A DNA stretch of 35,239 bases, taken from NCBI GenBank assembly GCA_002296975.1, contig DBIS01000275.1, positions 1 to 35,239 of the forward strand, given 5' to 3'. Below the pieces are notes generated by a model. It was not told the DNA's origin, ran no database searches, and worked only from the letters and a program-made list of their open reading frames with translations. Position numbers and translations under genes: made by a program. This stretch comes from Deltaproteobacteria bacterium UBA796. Its GTDB lineage: Bacteria > Myxococcota_A > UBA796. Positions 18,668 to 28,186 of the stretch are shown piece after piece. Numbering within the stretch: the first letter of the stretch is position 1; every line of letters starts with the position of its first letter.

Positions 18668-19909
18668 ATGACCATGCGTAGACGCGATTTTTTACTCTCA
18701 TCTTCGGCGGTGGCGACGGCCGGCCTGCTTCATCCACGCTCGGCGCGCGCAGCTCCTGCTGAGGCGGACACAAAGTTTTTGTTCGTGCTCGCAAACGGAG
18801 GCTGGGACATCGTTCAAGCATTTTACGATGCTGCACCCCACGGTAATGTTCACACGCCTGCGGGCTTTAGCTTGGACGATAGTCACGGTGATTTGACCTA
18901 CGTGCGCTCGGACGCGTTGCCTCAGGTGAGCACATTTTTTGATGCCCATTGGCAGCAATCACTCATCGTCAATGGGCTGTGGACCAACTCTGTCGCCCAC
19001 GAAAGTTGCATGAAGTACCTGCTGACCGGGGGCACCGCGAAAAAGCCAGACTGGGGTGCCATCATCGCGTCGAGTACCGCCGATCGCTACACCTTGCCCC
19101 ATGTGGTGGTGTCGGGATCATCTTTTGCAGCGCAACTGGGCGGGGTGCAGACCCGTGTTGGCACTTCGGGTAAGCTCGATGGCTTGATTACCGGTGATTT
19201 TATCAACGAGACAGACAGTCAACCAGGCCGACACGGTGCCGATATTGAGGCTGTTTTGAACCGCCACCTCGTGCAACGCGCCGAAGGGGTGGAGGCTCGG
19301 GGAGAAGCCCATATCGACCAGCTCGCCCGCTATGCCAAGGCCATGGCAGAGTCCGATGCCCTCAAGCATCAAAGCCTCTCTTTTTCGACCACCCGTGACC
19401 CCACGGAGCAAGCGAATTTTGCCATGGACGCGCTGTCGGTCGGCCTGAGCCGGTGTGCCTCGATCGCGCATATGGACTGGGACACCCATCAAGATAATGA
19501 CGACCGTCAATCACTGCGATTTGGGGAGCTGTTCAGCCTGCTTACGCACATCATGGATGGCCTTTCCAGTCGCTTGGCTCCGTCGGGGGTGGCTTTGTCT
19601 GAGGAGACTGTGGTGGTGGTGTTCTCCGAAATGGGCCGCACGCCGAGCATCAACGCCGACCTCGGTAAAGATCACTGGCCGGTGACCAGCGCCTTGGTTG
19701 TGGGGCCTGGATTTTCGACAGGCCGGACTGTTGGCGGCTTTGATGAACTGTTTTACGGCCAACCCATCGACCCAGACACCGCAGAGGTCGACGCGGCCGG
19801 TGTAGACATCAGCGCAGGAGCGTTTGGGGCGACCTTGCTCCAGCGTGCTGGGGTTGACCCTGGAGAGTGGTTACCGGGTTTTAAGGCGATTCCGGGTTTA
19901 TTGAGCTAA
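18668..19909 (+). CDS. DUF1501 family protein, Tat-exported
   Basis: Twin-arginine MRRRDFLL...ARA signal, plus GGWD, WDTH, SEMGRTP and GKDHWP motifs. Confidence 0.88.
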   Translation: MTMRRRDFLLSSSAVATAGLLHPRSARAAPAEADTKFLFVLANGGWDIVQAFYDAAPHGNVHTPAGFSLDDSHGDLTYVRSDALPQVSTFFDAHWQQSLIVNGLWTNSVAHESCMKYLLTGGTAKKPDWGAIIASSTADRYTLPHVVVSGSSFAAQLGGVQTRVGTSGKLDGLITGDFINETDSQPGRHGADIEAVLNRHLVQRAEGVEARGEAHIDQLARYAKAMAESDALKHQSLSFSTTRDPTEQANFAMDALSVGLSRCASIAHMDWDTHQDNDDRQSLRFGELFSLLTHIMDGLSSRLAPSGVALSEETVVVVFSEMGRTPSINADLGKDHWPVTSALVVGPGFSTGRTVGGFDELFYGQPIDPDTAEVDAAGVDISAGAFGATLLQRAGVDPGEWLPGFKAIPGLLS

Positions 19910-19975
19910 GGGTTACTACCCCCAGCGCACAGAGGAATAATGGTAGGCTAAACGTCACCAGCGACCGGACTTAAT

Positions 19976-21472
19976 GTGGAAAAAAAGGGCAGTAAACGGC
20001 AAGCAGTTTTGGACGCCCTTACAGGCCAAGGGCTCAGTCGTGAGGCGATGGCCCGGGTGGCGGAGCTTACCGGTGTGCCCGAGGCGGATGTGTACGGGGT
20101 GGGTACCTTTTATACACTGCTCGCCGAGCCTGGGCCGCGGGTGTGCCAAGGGCTGAGTTGCAAGCTCGCCGGTGGTGATGCTTTGGCCGAAAAACTAGAA
20201 GCCAAAGGCACGGTGCACCGGGTGAGTTGTCTCGGGCAATGTGACCGAGCTCCGGTGTCTTTGGGCGAAAACAATCGCCTTGATGTCGCGGGCCCCCGCG
20301 GAGGGATTAGCCCTGACAACCCCGGCTTGGTCATGAATCTCGCGGGCGAAGACGACCCCAGCTATCCGGCCCTCGCATGGGCACGAAAGATGGGTGGCGA
20401 GGCGGTGATTGACGAGCTGGAGGCCAGTGGGCTGCAGGGTCGTGGTGGGGCTGGGTTTCCGGCGCACATCAAGTGGCGTGCAGTGCGCGCCGAGGCTGAG
20501 CCCACAAAATATGTGGTCTGTAATGCAGATGAGGGCGAGCCTGGCACCTTCAAAGACCGCGAAATTATGCTGAGGCGCCCACAGTTGATGCTAGAGGCTT
20601 TGGCCATCGCAGCTTTTGTGACCGGTTGTGAGGCCATTTACATTTACGTGCGCGGTGAGTTTCCAGAAGAGACAGATGCATTGAAGGCCGCCCTCGCAAA
20701 AGGGGGTCTTGAAGATTTTGAATTCCGGTTTATCGAAGGCCATGGCGCTTATATTTGCGGCGAAGAAACAGCCCTAATTGAGAGCATCGAGGGCCGCCGA
20801 GGCATGCCAAGACTCAAGCCGCCCTATCCGACGCAACAAGGGTTGTGGGGCAAGCCAACCCTGATGAACAATGTGGAGACTTTGGCATGCGTGCCGGATA
20901 TTTTGTTGCGCGGTGGGGCACGCTTTTTGGCCCTCGGAAAAACTGAGCCTGGCACCAAACTTTATTGCTTATCCGGCCATGTCAACAACCCCGGAGTGTA
21001 TGAACTTCCGCTGGGAGCGAGCTTGAATGAGCTGGTGGCAGCCGGCGGTGGCTTTGTGGGTACGCCCTTGGCATTTTCGCCAGGCGGTGCCAGTTCAGGG
21101 GTGTTGCCCATGTCGCTCGCAGACGAACCCCTCGACTTTAAAAGCCTCGCTGCTCACGGGTCGATGCTCGGAAGTGCCGGGGTTGTGGTGCTCAACGACA
21201 CCGTGGATATGGCTTGGGTGGCCCAAGTTCAGGCGGTCTTTTTCGAAGACGAATCCTGTGGTCAATGTGCACCCTGTCGCATTGGGGCCCGTTTGGTACG
21301 ACAAGCCTTGGACCGATATTTACAGAGCGGGAATCCAGATAATCTTGAGCATATTGAGGAATTGGCCTGGGAGATGACCGAGGGGTCAATCTGTGGTCTG
21401 GGCATGGTGGCGGCAGAGCCAGCGGTGACCGCGCGGCGGCATTTTTCTGACCATTTTGGGGTGCGTCCATGA
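19976..21472 (+). CDS. NuoE-NuoF fusion, NAD(H)/FMN-binding diaphorase subunit of formate dehydrogenase (FdsG/FdsB-like)
   Basis: N-terminal VYGVGTFY, CQGLSC and CLGQC ([2Fe-2S]); GRGGAGFP, NADEGEPGTFKDR and GAYICGEETALIESIEG; ESCGQCAPC...ICGLG ([4Fe-4S]). ATGA overlap with the alpha subunit. Confidence 0.92.
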   Translation: MEKKGSKRQAVLDALTGQGLSREAMARVAELTGVPEADVYGVGTFYTLLAEPGPRVCQGLSCKLAGGDALAEKLEAKGTVHRVSCLGQCDRAPVSLGENNRLDVAGPRGGISPDNPGLVMNLAGEDDPSYPALAWARKMGGEAVIDELEASGLQGRGGAGFPAHIKWRAVRAEAEPTKYVVCNADEGEPGTFKDREIMLRRPQLMLEALAIAAFVTGCEAIYIYVRGEFPEETDALKAALAKGGLEDFEFRFIEGHGAYICGEETALIESIEGRRGMPRLKPPYPTQQGLWGKPTLMNNVETLACVPDILLRGGARFLALGKTEPGTKLYCLSGHVNNPGVYELPLGASLNELVAAGGGFVGTPLAFSPGGASSGVLPMSLADEPLDFKSLAAHGSMLGSAGVVVLNDTVDMAWVAQVQAVFFEDESCGQCAPCRIGARLVRQALDRYLQSGNPDNLEHIEELAWEMTEGSICGLGMVAAEPAVTARRHFSDHFGVRP

Positions 21473-24171
21473 GCGACTTTGAGATTATGATCGATGGTCA
21501 AACAGTGGGCGCCTCTGATGGGGAGACCGTGCTGACTGCGGCCATCCGCGCTGGGGTGAGCATTCCCACTTTGTGTCATGACCCAAGACTCGACCCCGCC
21601 GCAGCTTGTCGCACATGTTTAGTCGAGGTGTCGGGCTCAGGGCGTTTGCAGCCTGCCTGTGCGTGGAAAGCCCAAGCAGACATGACGGTCGTGACAGAGA
21701 ACCCACGGATAAAGCGTCACCGAGCCGTGTTGTTGTCCATGTATTTGGCGGATCATGCGCTCGACGATGAGGGCTTGCCTGTGGAGCGGCCCAATGGCAA
21801 CCAGCTTCGAGAGATGGTGATCAAAGAGGGGCATGCTTTTGATCTCGTACCGGTGGCTGCACCCAGAGGAAATCGAGAAGACAAAAACCCGTATGTGCAG
21901 TTCAATCCTGACGCCTGTATTTTGTGTGCACGGTGCACCCGGTACTGCGATGAAGTTGAGGCGGTCAGCGCCATTTCCTTGGCCGGACGCGGGTCGGCGA
22001 CCACCATATCGACTGTCGCAGAGCGGTCTTTGCTCGACACCTCCTGTGAGCTGTGTGGCGGATGCATCGATGTTTGTCCCACCGGGGCGATGTTTGAAGG
22101 AAAGGCGCCGGTTCATGCACCCGAGGCCATCGAAAAAGTGCGCAGTACCTGCAATTTTTGCGGCGTTGGATGCCAACTCGATCTCAATGTGCTCGATGGT
22201 AAAGTGATCAAGGTCACAGCGCCCCCACCAGGCACCACCGTTAACGACGGAAACTTGTGTGTAAAAGGGCGGTTTGCCTACGATTTCGTCCATCATGACG
22301 ACCGGCTTACCACCCCGCTGATACGCCGTGACGATGGCGAACTGCATCCCTGTTCGTGGGATGAGGCCATCTCGGCCGCGGCTGCTGGGCTGTTGGCCGT
22401 CAAAAAGAATCACGGCGCAGATGCCTTGGGTTTTATCTCGAGTGCCCGGTGCACGGTTGAAGAAAACTATTTGGTTCAAAAGATGTCTCGGGCCGCCTTT
22501 GGTACCAACAATTGTCATCAGTGCGCCGCAACCTGACACGCGCCCACCGTCGCCGGTCTGGTGACAATGTTTGGTGCAGGGGCGATGACCAACTCCATCC
22601 CTGAGATTCGCGACGCAGAGTTGCTTTTTGTGATTGGGTCCAACACCACCGAGGCTCACCCCATCATTGCGATGGAAATGAAGCGTGCTGTTCGCAACGG
22701 CGCCAAGCTTATCGTGGCAGACCCTCGGGCCATCTGGCTGACCGAAATCGCTGATATTCATATGCAGATCAAGCCAGGTACCGATGTGTGGCTGCTGAAT
22801 GCCATGGCCCATGTGATCATCGCCGAGGGGCTTCAAGATCAGGCCTTTATCGATGCTCACACCGAAGACTTTGGCGAGGTTATCGCCGCTGTGGCCGATT
22901 ACACCCCCGAAAAGGCCGAAGAAATTACCGGTGTTCCGGCTGAAGATATTCGTCAATCTGCCCGGCTGTACGCGACCACCAAGCACGCGGGCATCTATTA
23001 CACCTTGGGCATCACCGAACATACCCACGGCACCGACAATGTGTATTGCCTGGCCAACTTGGTGCTGATGACCGGACACTTGGGCCGCGTGTCGAGCGGG
23101 ATGAATCCCTTGCGTGGCCAAAACAATGTTCAGGGCGCGAACGATGCCGGGGCGAGCCCTATTTTTTACCCGAGCTATCAGCGGGTTTCAGACCCCACGG
23201 CCCAAGCGAAATTTGAGGCTGCCTGGGGGGTGGACCTTTCGCCGAATGAGGGTCAAAACCTGAATCAAATGATGAAAGAGATGGGCAAGAGCATCCGGGG
23301 TTTGTTTGTGATGGGAGAGGATATCGTGTTGTCTGAGCCCAACACCGGGGCCATTGAGGCTGGGCTGAACGGCATCGATTTTTTGGTCATGCAAGACATT
23401 TTCCCCAATGAGACGATGCGCTACGCTGATGTGGTTTTTCCCGCGGGGTGTTTCGCAGAAAAGGAGGGGGTGTTCACAAACTCTGATCGCCGGGTGCAGC
23501 TGGTGCGAAAGGCGGTCGACCCACCGGGCCAGGCCAGGGCTGATTGGCGTATTCTCTGCGACTTGGCCCGTGCGGTTGGCTATCCGATGCCTGCTTATGC
23601 CGATCCCAGTGAAATTTATGCTGAAATGGCCAGCCTGAGTCCGAAATTCGCCGGTATTTCTCACGCGCGCATCGCGGAAGAAGGGGGATTGCAATGGCCA
23701 TGTTCGCATGTCGATCACCCCGGCACCGTGACCTTGCACGGCGATGGCCCGATCAAGGGGAAAGGCAGTTTTCAGGGCGTATTTTACAGGCCAAGTGCGG
23801 AGTTGGCGAGCCCAGAGTATCCATTGGTTTTGTCGACCGGCCGCACCTTGTATCACTATAATAGCGCCACCCAGACTCGCCGAGATGGGGGTTTAGACGC
23901 AAAGCAGTCGGAGAACTTCATTCAGATGCACCCTCAGGATGCCAGAAGGCTCGACGTGGCTAATGGTGAGCGGGTGTCCGTGATTTCTCGCCGCGGTCAG
24001 ATCGGCGCTGTTGTGGAGCGGACCCGAAGTGTACGGCCAGGCTGTGTGTGGATGCCTTTTCACTTCAGCGAAGACATGGCCAACCGGCTGACCAACGATG
24101 CGGGCGATGCGGTGACGGGCACGGGTGAGTACAAGGTGTGTGCTGTGCGTGTGGAGCAGTTCAGCGGTTGA
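21469..24171 (+). CDS. fdhF: Formate dehydrogenase alpha subunit, selenocysteine-containing (Sec356), 900 aa
   Basis: Track ORFs 21469..22536 and 22561..24171 are in frame across TGA 22534-22536, giving NNCHQCAAT-U-HAPTVAGLVTMFGAGAMTNS, which matches FDH-H CARV-U-HGPSVAGL. Also present: an N-terminal [2Fe-2S], two ferredoxin [4Fe-4S] motifs, CNFCGVGC...C, PLRGQNNVQG and a C-terminal molydopterin-binding domain (STGR..YHY). Confidence 0.95.
22549..22565 (+). promoter_or_regulatory. SECIS element of FDH alpha
   Basis: GUCGCC-GGUCU-GGUGAC hairpin starting 13 nt after the UGA. The GGUCU apical sequence matches that of the E. coli fdhF SECIS. Confidence 0.88.
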
Positions 24172-24183
24172 GTGCTCTGGGCG

Positions 24184-25521
24184 CTATACCCAAGAGGTCG
24201 GCACCAGGTCTGGGTTGAGCGCCCACAGGCCGCGCTTGAGCAAGTCCACAGCTGTTGCTGTGTCTGTACCACCACCACTCGCTTCAAGTTCAGCGATGAG
24301 TTGTGCCAGTCCCGCTCGACCGAGCGTCTCAAAGTTGGGAATGGAAATCCCCGCCTCGATGAGGCCAGCATTGAGCTTCGCCTTGTAATGGGTATGGAAT
24401 TTCTGACTCACTACCTTGAAGTAGAGCAAGCGAATCACCGTGTCTCGGCGCACCTCCATCTCACGTACCACCTGAGTTGATGCTTCTGGATGGGAGGTGA
24501 GTCGCTGGATCATGCCGTAGTATTCGCGAAGCGCGCCCGACTGGGGGTTGTAAACTTCGCTCTTGCCCTCGAAATAGTTCAGGAACATGGCCTCCAGGTC
24601 GGTCACGGAGGCATGCAACTCGCTGTATGACATGGGGTCGATTTCTTGGCCTTGGAAACCATCGACGGAATTCCAAGTGGAGACGTTCTCAGCCTTGCGG
24701 CTGTCGCCTGCGAGTGTTGGGTCGACCTTGCCCGGGTCCATGCCAGGCATGGTCGCATCCACCCACGACTCCATATGCGTCTTGGCACCGCTCCATGTGC
24801 CAGGAGAGGAATCCTGGTAGGCCCAGATGCTCTCCACACCAGGAAGCATTTTTTGGTGGTCAGCCATGCGCGTCTCGCCACCGGCGTAGCAGGCAGACAA
24901 CATCAGGTGTTTGACCTGTGCCGCGGCGATTGGAAATATCTTAAAAAGTGTAGCGAACTCCTCAAAGGTGATGACGCCATTGTCATCTCCCCAAATTTGG
25001 CTGCCGACCGAGTGGCCTGAGAGCACCATGCGGTCGATCTCCCGTTCACCCATTTCTGCCTGGGAGAGAATCTTGATGAACTGTGACAGTTCATCTCGGG
25101 ACTTATCTCTCGAGTCGACCAGATACTGCGCGACGTCGATGGCCAGCTGATCGGGGACACCCAGTGACGAGGCAAAGACTGCGGCGCCAGTCGTCGTTGA
25201 AAGGTCTACATCAACCCCATCAACATTGGCGGTGTCTTGCTTTTTTGATGGTGTCGCAGAGATGGCGCCACCGTTGCCGCGGTTAAAGCGATTGAGGGCT
25301 CGGGCCTCAGATGAAGCCCCGCCGTTGAGGCCCAAGACCACGATGCCGTTCTTATCGGGGTCGAGCTCGCGGGGGCCCGTAGATTGATTGTTGGCCCTGA
25401 TGTGCTCAACAATTGCCGCATTGCCAACCAAGTCTTGGAGGTCTGGCTCAGAAGCGCTTGCTTCATCGGTACCCGTATTGCTTGTGCGGGTCGCGAGGTC
25501 TCTGTGGCTGAGGTCGGGCAT
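24184..25521 (-). CDS. Hypothetical protein, possible clan CD (caspase-like) His/Cys peptidase domain
   Basis: 445-aa ORF with a low-complexity N-terminus containing LQDLVGNAAI. Strand-ending motifs MVLSGHS and LMLSACYAG are about 40 aa apart. Confidence 0.6.
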   Translation of the reverse strand: MPDLSHRDLATRTSNTGTDEASASEPDLQDLVGNAAIVEHIRANNQSTGPRELDPDKNGIVVLGLNGGASSEARALNRFNRGNGGAISATPSKKQDTANVDGVDVDLSTTTGAAVFASSLGVPDQLAIDVAQYLVDSRDKSRDELSQFIKILSQAEMGEREIDRMVLSGHSVGSQIWGDDNGVITFEEFATLFKIFPIAAAQVKHLMLSACYAGGETRMADHQKMLPGVESIWAYQDSSPGTWSGAKTHMESWVDATMPGMDPGKVDPTLAGDSRKAENVSTWNSVDGFQGQEIDPMSYSELHASVTDLEAMFLNYFEGKSEVYNPQSGALREYYGMIQRLTSHPEASTQVVREMEVRRDTVIRLLYFKVVSQKFHTHYKAKLNAGLIEAGISIPNFETLGRAGLAQLIAELEASGGGTDTATAVDLLKRGLWALNPDLVPTSWV

Positions 25522-25579
25522 GCTGTAGGATCTTTAAGGACGGTTTCGCAAGTTACAAGAGCGTATTGAAGGAGGCTAT

Positions 25580-26200
25580 ATGGTGTTCACCCTATCGGTG
25601 CTGTCTGGTTTGGCTTTGGCTGGACCCCCTCCGCTTTGTCAGGCGTCTTGTTTGACCCCATTTGGGCAGGTGATCGGCAAAGCTGGAGATGTGATTGTGC
25701 GCTCCAATTGCTCGGTGGAGTGTGTAGATCCAACCCCCATCATGAGTGCCCATCCGGGGCATCCAGATGGCGTATACACCGGTATTGGGTGGCAGTGCGT
25801 GGAGTTCGCCCGCAGGGCTTGGCTCAGTCAATATGGGCGGGTGTTTGGCTCGGTAGACACAGCAGCAGACATGTGGACGGCTGTGCGGACCATCGCTAAA
25901 CCAAACGGTGAAGCGGTGTTGCCCGTTGTTGCGCATCCAAACGGCGGCAGTGTTTTACCGGCAGCGGGCGATCTGGTGATTTATGCGGTCGACCCGGCTC
26001 AACGAAGCTTGCGCTTTGGGCATGTGGGCTTGGTGGTGGCACTCACCGACGATGGCGTGGCTTTAGCGGAGCAAAACTGGAGCAATCAGCCGTGGCCACA
26101 TGCTGGGTTTTCTCGGAAGCTAAAGAACCAAGCGGGAAAGCTGCATGATCCCCAGGGCACAATCTTGGGCTGGTTGTCGGTTCAGCAAGGCGATCAATAG
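25580..26200 (+). CDS. Secreted CHAP-domain amidase (glutathionylspermidine-amidase-like)
   Basis: AGGAGG SD; signal peptide ending ALA; PFG..IG, WQCVEFARR (catalytic Cys), GDLVIY, FGHVGLV (His) and AEQNW. Confidence 0.88.
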   Translation: MVFTLSVLSGLALAGPPPLCQASCLTPFGQVIGKAGDVIVRSNCSVECVDPTPIMSAHPGHPDGVYTGIGWQCVEFARRAWLSQYGRVFGSVDTAADMWTAVRTIAKPNGEAVLPVVAHPNGGSVLPAAGDLVIYAVDPAQRSLRFGHVGLVVALTDDGVALAEQNWSNQPWPHAGFSRKLKNQAGKLHDPQGTILGWLSVQQGDQ

Positions 26201-27288
26201 CGGAAAGGCCAGGTCAAAAAATAGCGTTTGATCCGCAGGTAAATCCCAAAAAGTCCCAAGGGCTCAAAGATCAAAAACCCACACACGGCGACGGAAAACA
26301 CCAGGGTGCTGCGTTGAGCCGAGGTGAGGTCCGACAAGATCGGCAGCCCGGCGGTGAGGGTTTCGACCAAAGGTGAGAGCATCACCAAGGTGATGGCCCC
26401 GGCCACAGCGCCAAAAATAGTGCCCACCCCGCCGATGACAATCATGGAGATGTAATGGACCGACATATGTAAATCGAAGGGTGGCTCTATGGTGATGTAT
26501 TGCTGCTCAAATGCGTACATCGCCCCTGCCACCCCCGCAAAAAATGAGGAAATACCAAAGGCCATGATTTTAGCTTTTGCTGGATTGACGCCCAAGGCTT
26601 CTGCGGCGAGGTCGCTGTCGCGCACGGCCATCATCGCCCGACCGGTGTTTGAGCGGCTGATGTTGACCCCGGCTAAACAAACCGCGGTGGCGATGCCAAG
26701 GTACAAAAAGTAGAGCTTGGTTTGAAATGAGAGTTCAAGGCCGGCCACGTGCCAAGCCGCGGTCATATCCCCCAAGCTTGAAGCACCCTCTACGGCGCTA
26801 AAACCGGTGTGCATCGGAACAGAGATGCCACTCACCCCGCCGGTTAACTCTGGAAAACTCAGCAAGATGTGCGCCACGATGGGAATGAGGCCCAATGTGA
26901 CCAAGGCCAGGTACAAACCCCGCAACCTTAAGGCGAATGGGCCGACGGCCAAACCCACAATGGCTGCGGCAAAACCGCCCATCGGGATGCCCAACCAAAA
27001 TGGCAAATGGAGGACATGGCCTGCCACAGCCACGGTATACGCGCCGATGGCCATAAATGCGGCATGGCCGAGGCTGATTTGACCGGCAAAACCGGTGAGA
27101 ATCATCAAGGATACAGCCCCCACCACGGCGACCAGGGTTTGGGTGCCAATGGTGAGCCAACGTGCGGAGGCCATAAACGGCCATGCCACCAAGACCACGA
27201 GGGCCAAAGTCCAGGCGATCTTGTGCCAGATATCGGCAAACAAGCGACTGTCGTCTTTGTAGGAGGTGACCAGTGGACGTGTGGGCAT
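26194..27288 (-). CDS. livM: Branched-chain amino acid-type ABC permease (LivM-like)
   Basis: GFAGQISLGHAAFMAIGAY, LRLRGLYLALVTL, TGGVSG, GRAMMAVRDSDLAAEALGVN and IVIGGVGTIFG. Confidence 0.92.
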   Translation of the reverse strand: MPTRPLVTSYKDDSRLFADIWHKIAWTLALVVLVAWPFMASARWLTIGTQTLVAVVGAVSLMILTGFAGQISLGHAAFMAIGAYTVAVAGHVLHLPFWLGIPMGGFAAAIVGLAVGPFALRLRGLYLALVTLGLIPIVAHILLSFPELTGGVSGISVPMHTGFSAVEGASSLGDMTAAWHVAGLELSFQTKLYFLYLGIATAVCLAGVNISRSNTGRAMMAVRDSDLAAEALGVNPAKAKIMAFGISSFFAGVAGAMYAFEQQYITIEPPFDLHMSVHYISMIVIGGVGTIFGAVAGAITLVMLSPLVETLTAGLPILSDLTSAQRSTLVFSVAVCGFLIFEPLGLFGIYLRIKRYFLTWPFRY

Positions 27289-27289
27289 A

Positions 27290-28186
27290 TCAGACCCGCT
27301 CTACTTCTTTGGTGCCAAACAGGCCATGGGGCTTGAAGACCAAAAATAGGACCATCACGAGATAGGGAAAGACCGTGTGGAAGTTGTGGCCAAATTGGCC
27401 GAGATGCTCGTTGACATAGCCCTGGGCGAGGACCTCGAGAAGCCCCAAGCCCAGCCCCGCCACCACAGCGCCCCGGATGGAGTCAAGGCCGCCTACGATG
27501 ACGGCTGGGAATGCCCGCAGGGCGACAAAACCGAGGTTCGAGTCCAGATTTCTCGGGAACATGCTCAAGAAAATTCCCGCCAATGCGGCGACAGCACCGG
27601 CGATAAACCAGGTAGACCCAAAAATACGACCCACGGGGATGCCGAGTGCCAGGGCGGTCTCTTGGTTGGAGCTTGTGGCTTGCATGCCGATGCCCAAACG
27701 GGGTTTGTTGATCATCCACCAAAAGCCAATCAAGGTGACGACCCCGGCGATGACGGCGCCGAGCGCACTGTAAAAGACATTGGCGCCCCACAAGCTGATG
27801 GATGCGCTTGGGTCCCACGGGGTGGGCATGCCGACGGGCGATGGCCCCCAGACCAGCAACACCAATGAGCGCAAGATCATGCCCACAAAAATGGTCACGA
27901 TGATGGTGACGAATACCTGTCTGCCGATCAGCGGCCGAAGGACAAGCCGTTCGATCCCAGCGCCCACAAGGCCGGTCATTCCCATTGCACCGATGAGGGC
28001 CAAGGGCCAAGGCACCCCGAAGTCGCACAAGGCCACCATCACAAAGCCACCCAAAGTCAGCAGCTCGCCGAGGGCAAAGTTGAAGACCTGTGAGGCCCGA
28101 TACACCACGACAAAGCCCAGGGCGATGAGGGCGTAGCTGGTGCCAAGCGCAAGGCCGCCAAAACACAGTTGTAAGAAGGTGTTCAT
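27290..28186 (-). CDS. livH: Branched-chain amino acid-type ABC permease (LivH-like)
   Basis: GLALGTSYALIALGFVVVY...NFALG, ERLVLRPL, IVGGLDS and KPHGLFG. Start set at ATG 28186 (ATGA overlap with the ligase stop, GAGGAG SD). Confidence 0.92.
   Translation of the reverse strand: MNTFLQLCFGGLALGTSYALIALGFVVVYRASQVFNFALGELLTLGGFVMVALCDFGVPWPLALIGAMGMTGLVGAGIERLVLRPLIGRQVFVTIIVTIFVGMILRSLVLLVWGPSPVGMPTPWDPSASISLWGANVFYSALGAVIAGVVTLIGFWWMINKPRLGIGMQATSSNQETALALGIPVGRIFGSTWFIAGAVAALAGIFLSMFPRNLDSNLGFVALRAFPAVIVGGLDSIRGAVVAGLGLGLLEVLAQGYVNEHLGQFGHNFHTVFPYLVMVLFLVFKPHGLFGTKEVERV

Noticed and set aside
18662-18670. In-frame TGA-GCG-ATG junction between the heme lipoprotein and DUF1501 genes as a third Sec read-through
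   Set aside because: The upstream protein ends in a family-typical PDFLFY terminus, the downstream gene has its own Tat signal, there is no Cys-motif context and I see no convincing SECIS.
22534-22536. Pseudogene (nonsense mutation) reading of the FDH and AhpD TGAs
   Set aside because: Both TGAs fall exactly on catalytic Cys/Sec positions, have SECIS-like hairpins, and the rest of each gene is intact.
21637-23121. 494-aa antisense ORF, and similar long shadow ORFs such as 12856..13794 and 6785..7513
   Set aside because: They lie opposite well-conserved genes, lack recognisable motifs and are expected from GC-rich codon bias.
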